A stretch of DNA of 64,000 bases from Tubulanus polymorphus (taxonomy: Eukaryota; Animalia; Nemertea). How positions within the stretch are numbered: the stretch's first letter is position 1; each line of letters opens with the position of its first letter. The stretch covers positions 3,224,001-3,288,000 of the forward strand of contig NC_134031.1 in the NCBI RefSeq assembly GCF_964204645.1, read 5' to 3'. The translations under genes and the position numbers were made by a program. Under the pieces are notes generated by a model that saw only the letters and a list, made by a program, of their open reading frames with translations, had not been told where the DNA came from and ran no database searches. Below, piece by piece: positions 40,125 through 55,100 of this stretch.

Positions 40125-43100
40125 ATGAGCCACTTGAAACCGGAACGATCTCCCGGGGAAGTGCCGAAAAGCGCGCTGAAGCGCAATAACGCCGAGGCCA
40201 CCGATGCTTCGACTTCTTCGCGGTCGTCGAAACCCGTGTCGACCGATTGCAGTATTAGCGAGGATTTGGATAAAGTGAACCTCAGTAGTGGTACTACTCG
40301 AACTGGAATTTTATTATCTAGTCACAGCGAGGACCGGCTGAACTCGTACTCGAGTTTAGGGCGCGATAGCCCTACGCCGCATCGGGTGCACTTTTCCACG
40401 ACGCACTCGGGAAGCGACTCGGACGACGAGAAGCCGAGAACGAACTCGTCCTATAGCAAAAAGTCCGGCCGGTTACAGAAAATACTACGGCCGCTGCGCA
40501 GGAGCCACAGTGCCGGATGCACGAAGGACGTGCCTGCGCATGCGCTATTTCTACGTCACGAGATCGAGAAACGTAAACAGATCCACATTGTAAGTACAAG
40601 TTTAACAATCCTTCAATTTTATTTTCATGCATGTTATTTGTTTTTCCTTGAATCCTTTTAGCTTTCAGATTGTCGTCCCGGTGTCGTCGTCGTCGTCAAA
40701 TTTTCTTCTTTTCCTGCAGCAGTATTTCGTATCCACAGATGTCAGTTTCAGTTTACGATTTAATCAACTTGCCATCCCTAGAAACTATGTATCTATCGTA
40801 TAAGACGCTAGGATTTACGTTCCCGTAGCCACAGAAAGGGAGGGAAGCTCGTCGAAGTGATAAATCTTCACCGGAAAGAAATGAAATGCCGACAGCCCAC
40901 CAGATGGCGTATATAACATTCGGGTTTACGTGGGCAAATATAATCTATTTTCTATCAACCTTAAATTGGGCTTGTTAGGCTTAGAAGCTACCAAAAAGAG
41001 ATGCAAGGTCGTCTGATGTGTTTACTGTTTGGTATTGCCCGGTTTCACAGACGAGTAACTAGGCTACTAGCGAACCTGGCGGATTCCCATTTGCCAAAGT
41101 TGGATTCCTCGGAACCCTGCTGATCGATTGCCAAGTTTCCACTCTATGAATTTAGGCTTGTGTTAGAAATAATGTCGATTAAATTTTATTTACATTTGTG
41201 CACATATATATGTTCTTAAGGCATTTCACAGCGATCAATATTCGAAACGTGAAAACGAAAATAGTCTCGTCTGTTTTTCGATAATTGTCTCTTGTGATGT
41301 CACACAGGGAAAACTTTTCCCTCGCGGCCGGTTTTCAATGTTTGAAATATTAGATTCTAGCACAAATCATGAACGTAAAATTGCGAGCACTATTCTATCA
41401 ATCGTATTGATAAACATACGTGTATATATTACATACATTGATTCGAATTTTTACCATGAGCCGACGATAGTGCTTTATATTTAAGGCAATATGTCAACCG
41501 TAATAGATTCAATTGCTACTTGATCGGTGTTCCGGGTCCCAAACCCCGTTCTATTCAAGTAATTCGAATCATTCGAAATTAGTCACGAACTCGGCCTCGG
41601 TAAATATTACGATAACCCGTTTTACAGATCGACGATATCGTTGTCTGAATAACGCCTGCTGGTTAAATGCAACATTTTACTTTCGTGTTCGGCCTGGAGG
41701 TGGCGCAACTGCGCTTTCATCAGTGCCATTTTCGCCTCGTGTTCCTCGCGAGCGAATTGCATCCTCAACATCACCGCGTCCATCTCGACGCGGTGTTTTT
41801 CGTTCATGATCTCTATCCGTCTTTGGGTGATCTCGCGCGGGATCGCGGCGATCGCCGAAACATCCCGCGATCGCGGGTGATGGTGTCCATTTTCTGACGA
41901 GAATCGCCCTCCGTCGATACACGGAGCTCCGTCGGTATTGTAAAGACCTACTTTGGTATTTTGACCGGCGTCGTTTAACGATATCGCCGACTGCCCGACG
42001 CCCGATTTAGCGCTGTCATTATCAAACTCTTCGTCGGCATTTTCCTGTTCGCTCGACGCGTCCAGCGCGTGCTCGGGTGAACGTGGTTCCATATCCGTCA
42101 TTCGAGATTCGTCTAAATCGTATTCCATCTTGTCTTTGACCCCATTTGTCCAATCATTCGTTTCGATCCGTTCCAGTCCGTCGATCGGCTCTGAAAATAA
42201 AGAAGAGATATATAGTTCATTTCCATAGCTTTTCCAGGGCCTGGAAAAAATTTTGCAAAATTTTTCAAAACCTTCCAAAACCAGTAAGAACCCTGGTAGA
42301 AATCAGGTACACGACGTCACAGCGTGTCATATTGGCTGCCAAGTGCGAGTGGTTTTTGAAATAAAAGCCAAACTCGCATAAGATCCGATCCGATCGTCGT
42401 ACGCTCGGAAACATGTTTGTCTCGTATATCCCTGTTTCCCTGCGTCGAGTGTGTTTGGGCCTCATGGGGTGAATAGCTTAACTTAATTTTTTCAAGTGTG
42501 GATATTTGTTTTATCTCTAACCTGCTTTAATGTTCATGCAGTGTTGAAACGGGTTCGAATCCTCGGCCACATGAGGCAACAGTTTGACAGCTGAAGTGAC
42601 GGCCTCCACGTCCACTCCGATTTGCTTCCGTGATTTGACCAGGTCGGGGTCTCGGGCTTTCATGTTCTTCCAGCAAAGTCGAAGCTGTTTTACGTCGCGT
42701 TTACAGTAAACCCCGGGCTGCGCGTTAAATTCGGCTGTTAGTTGACTCCATTTCGCTTGTTTCTCATGTTGGGGCATCTGAAAAAAACAATATGCAATCT
42801 TGAAAAACAATGCAATTGTAATCCGAAAATTCATAAATGCAATATAAGATTTTTATGGTTTCTTTTTTTAAACTATTAACTTTGAATGAATTTCTAAATC
42901 GATTCGGATTATTCTAGATTATCTAAGAATACGTACCCCAACCGTAGCTATGGGGTCGACATCGTGTTTTATCACGAGGCTGTGCACAACCGACTTTTCA
43001 TGACTCGTGAAATTATTGTTCCGTATTTTGTGCGTCGAAAAGTGCCATATCCGTTGCGCTTCTATTGCTGAAATTAAGAAAAGTACAACGACCTGATAAT

Positions 43101-46100
43101 CATGGCTATAGATATATGCATTAATTAGTTACAATCATTATTTCATTCAATTCATAAATGAAACAAAAATGAGATAAAGAGACAAAATATTTCCAACGGT
43201 TTGACGAGTTTGTTCGTATAGTATATAATGAAAAAAAAACATGTTTATTTTGATAAACTCACCCTGGTTCATTCTGGTTCCACTGTTATTGACAGACGAC
43301 AGCCTGGCTCAGTGATCTCCAGTCGTATGCCGTAATACATCGAGAGCGCCAGATCCGACCGGCGTTTCCATGACGATGACATTTAATGCGGATCAGCAGG
43401 GAGAATTTAATCCACAATCCTCTGCTATTTGCATTGTGCGTCGCGCCGGCTGTGGAGAGCGCGATTCGAAAGCTCTATTTAGCCGATAACAATTAAAACG
43501 ATCGACGTTACCCAACGTGGTTTTGAGCACGTCGCAATGAAGCTTAAGTTGCGCGCGTGTATATAATAGGCTAATTTGTTTATTCCGTAAAATGTAGAAC
43601 TCAAGCGTGATTAAAAAGAACATTATTGAAAGTAGAGATGATAAAAGCCGTGCTGTACATACACAAATTTCAAAGGTTAAAAGCGTAATTTATCTACAGG
43701 ATCGAAAATTTAATAGCTCGACGTTTCGGATTCTCCCGGAGACAATCGTCAGGCTTTAATTTTTATGATTTTCAATTTTCCATTTTTGTATCAATTCTCC
43801 ACGTCTGCGTGTGGCTAAAATGGGTTCTGTGTGAGTCGATGTGCATTGTGCACAACGTCATCAATATTAGCGTTTCAAAATAACAATTACAGTTGTGAGT
43901 CTCGGCATTAATTTTATAACGAAATATATTTCATAACTCTGATTTTCATTTTTGATCAACGTTGATATATGTTTTTGAGAGGATGTGCACTACGTCATCG
44001 ATATATCGAAGCTAGACTGGTTGCCGGTCAATCATGATATACCCAAATCCAAAATAACCTTATTGACCCTTAACATAATATGATATATGATGTTATTCAT
44101 TGTTGATGATAATAAGCAATGAGTTATTTTCAAGACATCAATAGTTTTCTTGTTTATATCTTGTCCATGCTTTTCTATTGTGGATATCATCACGCTACAA
44201 TATGCCCAAAACTGCGCCGTCTGACGATGATCCTCTGTCACTGACGGCACGTATTGAAGGTGTATATAGATGTAATAACGAGTGTATATGATATAAAGCA
44301 TCTACCTCTTCACAATACACTATTTCTCGTATACCATTGCACGAACGTTTGCGCACAACTTCAAATTAACCTTGAAACATATGCCCGAGTCTTACTTTAC
44401 TTACTTACGTTACTTACTTATATATGTTGCGTTTGTTTCGCCTTCCTGGTTTAGCGTATATACAGATATACAGATATTTAGTACCCATGCATCTTTTGCT
44501 TCACGTCGTGGCTTTGAAATCTTGTTGTGTATATATTCGTCAAATAAGCGGTGAAAAAATTTAAGCGGTTTGTTAATTACTGTTTAAGGAATTATTATAG
44601 CGCGATTTGAATAGTAGACAATCGGTAATCGATGAAAAGCGATTTCGATCGTGCGTATTGGTTTACAATATTACAGAATCGATGGGCAATCCAGTTAGTT
44701 TCTCGATCATATTGTATATGCATATCTTTATACTTGAAGATGTAAACAAACTAATTACTTAGGCTATAACGGGTAGAGTACCAGATATAAATAGTTAATA
44801 ATACCTTGTGATTTTATATCATCGGTTTCTATTTTAATGATCTGACATTAATAATGGACTGTTTTCCTATTCCGGGAATATAATAAGATAGGTAGGTAAA
44901 GACATTAAAAAGATTATTTTTTCGAATGGCGGTCAAGAACTAGAAGGGGGTTAGTTAGACATAAACGATGCAAGTCATTCTTGGTACGAGTTAATGGGTT
45001 TCAATTTGGTAACAAATCGATCTGGCCTCTGCTGTGACCCGTTTCACAAAACGGATTCAACGTTTCGTCTATCTCTGAGCTCGGTAAAGATTCTAGAATT
45101 TCCTTTCAACTACGGGTCACAAAGAAGCCACATTCCTCGCCGCCTTCGGATCGCCAACAGACGCGCGTGTGTTCGTCGTCTGTCCTCAACACAAGAAGAA
45201 TCGTTTAATATATGAAAATCGCCCGGTTCGCGTTCGGGAGCACGGCTTATTCAGTATGCAGTAGGCATCCATATGGCCGCTCAAACGAACTGGTTGCCAG
45301 TGAACGAACATTTCCCGCCAACCGAGTGCTGAACACACTCTCAACGTTTCTCTCTCCGACATTAATTATACATTTCCACAGATTCGCTGCTGCTATATTT
45401 CATAGCACTATATCGCCGGGACGGGAGCTGCGCGAAAACCATCGCACATTTTAGGATTATACATACGTACGTATGTCGTCGTATTATACGCCATATTTGG
45501 ATTCGAAAACGGACACGACCTGAGATCGCCGACGCGACAAATGTCTGGATTTATTCAATCGTTATCAGCTTATTTCGTGTATTTTGCTGTGGCCTCAATG
45601 GCGTGATTCGAAATGGAAGCGTATCGCTTTGAACGTTTTAGTGCCTTTCTTTTCGCGGTCGAATAACCGCCTTTTCGTGTATCTTAGAAATTCGGTCTCG
45701 TTAATTCTCCGGTCAATTCGTTTTTAACGAATTCCTTTGTAAATTCTATATCTACGCGTATTTAACTATGCAAATATTGTCACAAATTCAGATTAATTTC
45801 GGTATAGTAAAATCATATATGAAAGTCGTTGTATCATAATATCGTACGCCATATACGTATATGTATATATATATTATTCGTACAGGCGCGATAATCATAA
45901 TTTAACTGGCATATTATTTCAACCGTTATACGCTACACATATGAGACAATCATAAACTAATCGATACTTATATACTACAGATGTGTCACATGATCTAATT
46001 CATTTTCGACAACCGGACGGAAGTAAACTAAACTATATAGTAATGGGGCGCTAATTGCGCGTCTAATTTTCTAGGTGTCAACCGCCGATGCAAATTTTCC

Positions 46101-49100
46101 ATTGGGCATATAACTGAATCTACGTGATTTTTCTTTTGAAAATATCATCAGGCATTCGCCGCAAGGCAGTAACCGGACTGCGGTTTAGTTTCTCGATCGG
46201 ATATTTACACGAAACAGTTGGTCGAAGCCCTTCTCGATGTATAAGCTTAACACCAACGATTAGGTTACTAATTAGGCGTTTTGCTCGAGATAATATAGTT
46301 GCATAGTGATATTTCATTCCTAAAATCATTTTTGATATCTTTTTGCCATTTTTGTTAAGCTACTTAATATGATAGAATTGATAACAGTAGTATTAGATAA
46401 TATATTCTATTGCGTGATAATCTCTAAAAAGGGTTCATAATGGTTTGCATAAAAACTACAACGGAGGCTAGAATTATTTCGTATTATCGACGATAGTTTA
46501 TCAACCGAACAAATTGACAAAAATGCTTCTAAATGTCTTTATCTAGAGTATGTTTGTTCTACGTCGACAAACATAGATTAGCTATCGTAATCGGTTTTCG
46601 GGATATGAATATCGTACTTGGTCTTAGAAAAAGCTTGGAGTAAACACTCTTGTCAGAATGGTTACTCCAAGGAAAACTACATTCTCATAAAAGCCCTTGC
46701 TGTACGAGTATGCGCTGTCAATTTGGCAAGGTTTCACAGCAATGTCTTTCTTTCAATAGTCAACAGATCGGGTTCTAATTTTAAAAATTGGTTCTTTCTT
46801 TTGAACAGCCACTCGGCCAAAAAATTGGACGAAACGCAACAGCCCACAGTGTAAACACATTTAAACCCATATTGCGGAGGCATTACTAAGTTATTAAGAT
46901 GTGTTCCGATTAACTTCGAACTTCGTCTACAAATTAGGATCGGATATTAGGTGTTATATGGAATGTTTGAAGATTGCTGTGTGAGCGGTTCAAGGAAATA
47001 CATGTTGACGTGTTATTCTAGTTCACAGGTACGGTATTACATTTCATATATGAATTTTAACAAGTCAACGACGAAGTTAGCCTGCCGGCGGATCAGTCGT
47101 TTCGTAACTAGTTCGAAATGTACGAAAGGTTCTTGCAGAACATCATTTTACGCGAAAAAAATCTACATCATGACATTTATTTCATGTTGAGATGAACGAT
47201 CTGTAGAATTAATCTTTCACGAGGACTTAAAGATATACGTCTGGGTGTATTTTTAGGTGACGTATCGGCCATAATCGCGCACAAACCATCCCATATGTCT
47301 CGTCGTATGATAATGCTTCAAAATGTCATTTCGTTAACATATTCAGTCAATTTGCGCAGTAACCCCGCCGCCTCGTAACACTCAATTCGTTTCGAAGACA
47401 TGTGGGGCATGATTTATATCGGTCACTAACCGACCAGTATTTAAAAAGGCAGAAAGTGAACCAGGTGTCGCCGCCAAACAATCGTCGAATGAGACGCAAT
47501 TTTCCGATGAATTGGCGATTCATTTCAGTCGCCGCCTGTCAGCGATACCGCGTGGGCAGACGATTACAATCGATCGTTAATATCGATTTCCATTAATGTC
47601 GTGCCGATAGATTTCACGCCTACGCGAAACGCTTTTCTTCAACGCTGGTCGCGATGTAAATCTGGCACGTGTTGAAAATTATTCGATCATTACCAATCTG
47701 ATCATATCGTTTTTCTATCCGCATTTTTCGAGCCATTGTTTCGTACCCGAACTTTCCGAATGTTCTCGTATATTACCGATGTAGTTTATAGTGATGTAAT
47801 CCTCGCGATTCGCCACAAGTCGAGTTCATGTTCCGGTATTTCAATGGCAAACCCGATAGTTTCATTAACGGGGTCTTCACTTGAGACATCATTTCTCAAT
47901 GGGTTCCCGCAAGGTCCGGGGAGTTTGTACTAACCACTTTATTTTTTAATGAGGTCCGAATTTTCAGTGTTATAGTTAAAGTTCATGTTGCATGATAGAT
48001 TGATACCAAGATACGTGATTACTACAATATGATAATAACAGTACGACAATCAATCGTACATGTAACAATGGATTATGGAGGTATTTTGAAAAGCCAAATT
48101 TGGCTTAAGCTATGCCCCAATCCCTCGTCCATTCACTCTCACTTAAACCCTGGAGTAATCATTTGAGTTCAACACACCTTTTCATTCACGCCCGTATGCG
48201 CTTCTAATAGAAACTTTTTAGCCGTATTTTTCACGGCATTTTTGAAGTTGTCCACGATAGAACCACGGCCAGGACTCGGTGACCCTTATCAAATAATAAT
48301 TTGTTTCCCGTTCCCTTCCATTTTAAAACGCCTGTTATAGAAAACTAATTCTCAATTTTCCCCCTTGGCCCTCCCATTTTTCTGGAAAAAAATTTGTTCT
48401 CCAACTAGTTGATAAAAAGTAATTGATTTAAAAAAGCTTCAATGTATTGTTTTCATATATTCAACATTCATGTTCTACGACTATTTCATACAAAAAGAAC
48501 TCACTATTCATTCATTCATTCATTCATTCATTCATTCATTCATTCATTCATTCATTCATTCATTCCTTAACGCACACTTGTCCTGTCAATGTCCATCCAG
48601 CTGTTGTCACATCATACATACTTGGACACTATATCACCAAGTTATAAAATACATACACTACAGGCCAACTTAATACATTCAAACCTCTTTATCAAAACGA
48701 CACGGGGGCGTACTCGCGATTAAATCATTCATTTTTTTACATCTGATTGAACTACGGTGGCGTGGGTGGATTTCTTGTACTAACGACGTTCGGAATTACA
48801 CATTCATACAGTTCGACGCACGTATTCGCTATTATAGTCCCCTATCTATACAGTAACCGATAGCAGCTGTTCCATTGAAACAAACAGGCTTGAATATATA
48901 AAGCCCCCAGTCCCATTCGGTTCGTAATCATATGCGCTTCACGGATGTTTAGTCCGTGTTTGATTCGCCGGGAATATGATTTCAGCCGTGACCATGTTGA
49001 TGGCCACATGTGTAAGTTACTTTTCTAAAAGCTTCCTTCATTTTGTGATAAAACGATTCGAATCATCGATCGAACTTGTTTTGTTTTGGTTTGTTTTTGT

Positions 49101-52100
49101 TTGGTGTGTCCGTCTGTCATGCGGGTGACATGTTTCATGTATAGCGGAAACGCAATGAATGAACATTGGAATCTAGTTTCGTTTTCGTGTTAATTCTTTT
49201 TAAAAAACCCTTTATTGTCGGAAATATATTCACGAACTCGTTTTCAATAGTGTCTAGCATAGGTACACACGCATTTTATTCTGAGTTCATTTCGATCTTA
49301 TAAATGTTACCTCCGTTACAAGTTACAGGTAATCTGCGTTAATCAACTGTTAATGTTGAATCAAGTGTTCTATGTTGAATTTCACGATTTTACTTTTTGT
49401 TTCTTCTACACCCACCCGGCTATCCCTCTCCCATCCAATATATTTCTGTCTCGAAAAAGCCAAACACAATGCAAACAATACACAATACAATGAGCCAATA
49501 TGTGTGTTCGTTTATATCTTTTAGCGTGAGCAGTGTGAACTTGCAACTGTCGAAAAAGGATCGCCGAACGGTTCCGATCTAGAGGATGAACGAGGTCCCA
49601 GTAAAAAGTCCGAATCAAAGAAAAAACGAAATTTGTAAGTATTTCAAAATGTCAAGACGAGAAAAAAAACCCGTAGTTTACATCATACATGATTTCTGAC
49701 AATGACGTGTGACAATCTTCACAGGTCCTTATCGATAAATTTCTTAAATATTATGATCAGCTGATAAGGGGTTTTTCGCATCAAAAGAATGCCATAACCT
49801 TTGAGTAATTTGTCAGATAAGAAATACATCGATTATACCTAATACGAATAACATATATGGACGTCTTTGGCGTCAAACTGACGAAAACGATTCTTCGGTC
49901 TTCCCGTAATAATGACGTCATCGGGATTGAGGTGCTTTCGTCATCCTGTGCGTGACAACATCAGATTTGATGACGTCACGAGGGGAGAATCAATGAGTCT
50001 TAAGTGTGTAAACAGGTGTCTCCTTAAGATATCGATTTATCGATCGCAGACGTACGCTTGCTAGATAAACGTTATAACCGTTACAACGTTATAACCGCCT
50101 AGATTATTGACACATACGCTAAATGAGGTTCACGCGAAGGTCACTGGGCATCCTATAATGAACTACAAAGATGGATCAATTATTTTGATTTATTAGCCTA
50201 ATTAATCCCGACTACTAATTCGATCAAACGAATCATTAAATCAGTTTTCATAACGATAGAATGATTTGATTAAATCGGCTTTTCGCGGCTCTTCTGATAT
50301 CAATTTAACGCTTATCGATTGTTTTCTCATTCATTCGATGAAGTAGGAATTATGTTCCTTTTTGATAGGAACAATTCACGGTCGTAGCTCTCGAAATTCG
50401 CTGCATATACTTAGAAGAATCTGTGCGTGATCAGACAAAAATATGATAGATCTTTTTGCACGTGATGTCACTGCGTTCCAATATGGCGGATGTGAACAAA
50501 ACTTCGTGACGTCACCAGCGTATGCCTCTTGTATACTGCAAGAACGATTTGTTAAGATTTTTCAGAATTGTTTAAGACGCTCTGCGATCTGTGAGAGCCT
50601 CATGTTTTTAGAATTAACACTTCATGTATCGTTGAGGTGTAGAGACAATTTTTGAAATTGTTCTGGTGGAAATGCGTGAATGTCTTCAGCGCGTTGTCGG
50701 CTATGCTGGGCGGTACGGGCTGAGCTGAACACTTTGTCGACCGCATCTCAGGAGAATGTTAGTGAAACTGTTTCCATGGAAACCACACAAGAAACGAAGC
50801 TTGGGGATTATTCTGTGCATAGTAGGCGAAATGTCAAAGGTTCATCGTGTTTTTAGATGGTCGTGCGCGCGTCGTATACGTTGTCCATCATTATGCGTGA
50901 CAGTACAGTCGTGTGCGCATAGATATTTGCGATTTATGGTTTGAAAAGAAAAAAAAACAAATTACTGATATCATTTCTCAATGCATTTTCTGAAGTACGC
51001 AAGCTCATGCCATGCCATTTGGAATTTCGAATGATTAAATTTTCTGGTAAATTTTATTTGCTGCTTTCCGTAATAATCCGGTAATTCGTCGAATATTAAC
51101 TAGCGGAGCCGGGTCGATACCGGTGGACACATTTACTAAATTAGAAATAATCACATCTTGTTAGAAAATTGGAGGGTCATATTCCTACGCACCTTTCAAT
51201 TCCGACTGCTGATGATAGTTATTAGTGCAAATTGTGGCGAAATAGACGTGCGTCACTATATATACTGTAGAGCCTCGTTACAACGAACTTCAGGAGACCA
51301 GAAAATCTGTTCGTGATAACCGATAGTTCCTCGTTTAATACAACGAACTTCAGCAGACCAGAAAATCGGTTCGCTATAACTGAAAGTTCCACGTTACAAC
51401 GAACTTCAGGGGAACAGAAAATCGGTTCGCTATAACTGATATTTCTTTATACAAAGAACCTCTTGAACTTTATGATACCATAAACGTAGGGATGGATTTT
51501 GATGGAGGATAGTCTGGAAACCCATTAGATTTTGAAGGACCTTTCAAAATGTCCGCCTAGCCAATTCCTGATATACATTTTCCAATGGACGAAACACAAC
51601 TTACAATGTATTTACATGCAAATCTCCGAAGCCTGGAGAATGGATGAACTTAAACACAATTTTCAAAATTTTGGGGGAATGACCCCTTTTACTCCCGCGT
51701 GGGCTCTGCACCTTCAGCAGTCATCCCCCCTTTAACACCCCCCTCCCTTCAATCTCCCTCGAAACGTCACCAATTTATAACTCCACTCCTCGCCGCGGCT
51801 AAACATAGACCTAATGATAATCATCGGATTTCTAATAATGCATCAATTGTCACTTTGATACTGAATAAGCACGATTTTCTAACAAATATAGACCACTGGC
51901 TCCGTGTCGATGCTAAAATTATACCTTTACCGGCTATATATAGTGACGTGACTCAGTGTACATCGTGTTAAAACTACCGACCTGGTCTAAAAATAAAATA
52001 CGTTGCGAATGAGATCCCGGCTAAGCTCGTTGGCCAGTTCGCGAAAGTTAACTTCGTACCGACGTCATCCGTTGGAAAAGTCTTCGGATCCGTCCGAATC

Positions 52101-55100
52101 TCTTATACAGTAAAAGCGTTAAGCAGAATATTACGCAGATTCGCTGAAAATGCTATCACGATTGAGTGAAAAGGTTTGTGTCGTCAAAGTCGACACGCCC
52201 GCGTCGGATAAATTTAGCCTGATCGCGCTAATTTCCAATTCTCACCCCGGACTCTTCCAATAATTCTAGTCGATATCTATAAATACGTACATAGAAAATA
52301 GCCGCCCCCGGCCAATATCTGCAACTGTAATATAACCGACCTTAAAGACCGATGGGAATTCGGACTAGTTCTCCGAACGATATCGAGCCATAGCTGTCGG
52401 CACCGCGATTAAGTTACGATATAGCTTTAAGGTAGGCCACTTTAGATTCGATCGGAAATGTCCGATCAGTGCGGGATCAGTGGTGGTGAAATATGTCTGT
52501 ATTGACTGTACTAGATTCGAGGTTTGCACTACGATAATTCACAAAAAGCAACCTCGTTTTCATTCGTTCGAGATATCTACTTATCTTCGTACTTATATAC
52601 ATAGTGCACACCATCGTCATTTCGAAAATTATTATCTTAGCAAGGCTGTAAGGCGAATTACGGACAAAACTGAGAGATAGAGAGAGGGGGAGAGAAGGTA
52701 TAGCCAACTGAATATCTAATTGAATTTACTGCATTGGAAGATTTAGGATAATCATTTCAACGGCGGGAATGAAGCGAGTAAATCGATTACAAAGCTGTTA
52801 GCTGTAGGTGGGTTGCTGTTGCACTTGGCTCTCCATCCTCCTCTCTCTCTCTCTCCGCTCACTCTATCTCTCAGTAACTCAGGTACACGCCGAACGGAAA
52901 ACTACCTGCACGTTTACTCAACGCGAATCAATGACTTGTACATTATGTACATCGCAGCTTGTGATGATGAAATTGTCATTGCATTAGCGAATATAATTTG
53001 CTATTCGTAGTTTTAGCTCAGGGAGAAAATAAATATATCGACGCTGATTTGTGAAAGGTGGTCGACGGTCTAAAGCTCATCGGCTCCGGGGCGACAATTG
53101 AGGCGATTGGTCGACTATAAATAGCTCGTTTCGCCATAGGGAATTTGTCGTTTTGCGCTTATCGATCTCCGTGATCGAACTGTCGTTTGGTGACGTACGT
53201 AAAACTATACGCATATCTATATAATATAATCATAACTAGCAAATATTCACATCAGAACGGGAGGAGTTTGCGAGCAGGGAGGTACCTCGGAATTCTCCGG
53301 TAAGTTCATTAATATCTGGCAGTATTTTTCTCTACAAGGTTTTGTTTCCAAATTCTTTCTCCGTTTTTGCCTAAATTTCTAATAGGGTTTATATGTATAT
53401 CACTGATATCTATTTATATACTTGCAATTCAAACTTAGATAAGATAGTATTCAAACGATGTGCGACATGCTTATATGGTCGTTGTATTAAATGACACATG
53501 TTTTTACGCTTAGATTTCAAGAGAAAGAAATTTTTAAAACAGTTTTAGGCGGATGCGATGAACGGTCACCATATCATAACCGACTTTATACTTTAGAAAT
53601 AACATATGAAACGATTACGTCATTGAGCGCAGGGGATGTCGGTGTGTGTGTATGAACACGTATACTGCTCTCTGTGAAAATATAAGCTTTCCACAGTTTA
53701 AACCGGTGGCGTCGTAAAAATTGCTACAGCATCGTTACATACAACAGTACTTGTAATATTTTTTTTATGTTTTCGATAGACGCGAATCTAACAATTACGA
53801 ACCGTGTAATTGGGGAGTTGACTTATAGACATAGAAAAACAGGCTTAACGCTTGTGTATGAAAGCTTTATCGAGAAAGCCGCGCTATTCGAAAACCTTCG
53901 AAACGTTCAATTTCTGCCTGCCGCTTGAGTGGTAGATATCGTGAATTTTTTGTCAGCAGGCGCAGTGAGTCTGGTTTCGTTGTAAGATATTCGCACTGAA
54001 AGTCCTTCGAGTGTCCAACCATGGTGATGGATGAATTCTAATCGAAATAATATTTTGACCACGCCCGCGTCTGACATGCCACGCGTCGTACAGGCAAATC
54101 GATCGAAACGTGTTCGATTATCGGATTTCAAGTTTCTGGTCCGGAATCGATTCCGACAACACGATGTTCAGAACGCCGCGTTTTTCGATGCGATGTTAGC
54201 TTATCCCCCAGGGGCGGCGCCGGGGTACTCACGTGCCTCAAGCGAGGCACTCGAAACAATAAATCTGAAATGCCCACTTCTAAAACTTTTGGAATGCCTA
54301 TTGAGGGAAAGTTCCGAGTAAATTTCCAGGTATACTTAATCCAATTAGTTTTTGGGTGGGGAGAAGGGTGTACCTTTGCCCTCCCTTGTTTCATCAAAAA
54401 GGTTGAAAATGGCTTATACTGTGATTTGGGCTGATTCCTATAACTTGGCTTTTTTCTCAAGTGCCCCTTCCTCTTTGACGAGGAAGTAAAACCCGGACCC
54501 TGGATCCGACCCTATATCCGCTGTCATAGTATCCTAGAGAATACACTCTAAAATAGTAGATTGCCAAACCAATAACTCATAAGTGCTGCTATATGATACA
54601 TCGGTACACGGTAATAATGCCAGAAGTAAAAATGCCAGGGGTGTAATAATACCAGAGGTAAAAATGCCAGAAGGATATATGCACTATATTTGTTTATTCA
54701 TATTCAAAATAATAAGAATTTTAATCTAATGCTTTCAACCAAACTGTTGATTCAATCAATTATAACAAACTAGTGCGTCGAATCGTCATAAATTATCAAT
54801 GATATTACCTCTGGCATTTTTACCACTGGCATTATTACCTGCATTCATAATATATCTTGGTATTTGAAAATGCTGTTTATATATATCACCGGGATTGGCT
54901 GTACGAAGCTGTAGAACTCGATTGATATGAGTTGGACTATTTCTAGAGTAGGTGTACGGGGTACGACATCGCTGGAATGATGGTCGATACGTGGAATTTG
55001 ACGTCAATGCACGAGCTCAGTCCTTATTGTATAATTTCCATGAATAATTTGTTTGTCAAACAAAAGCTATTTTTACGACGTAACGTTCGATAATGTTACC

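Noticed and set aside
41000-44500. Autonomous Harbinger transposon around the Myb/SANT gene
   Set aside because: No DDE transposase frame, TIRs or TSDs are evident.
48447-48673. ORFs with IHSF repeats
   Set aside because: They are translations of the (TTCA)n microsatellite.
51262-51445. Regularly spaced repeats resembling a CRISPR array
   Set aside because: The whole ~57-bp unit repeats, there are no unique spacers or cas genes, and the context is eukaryotic.
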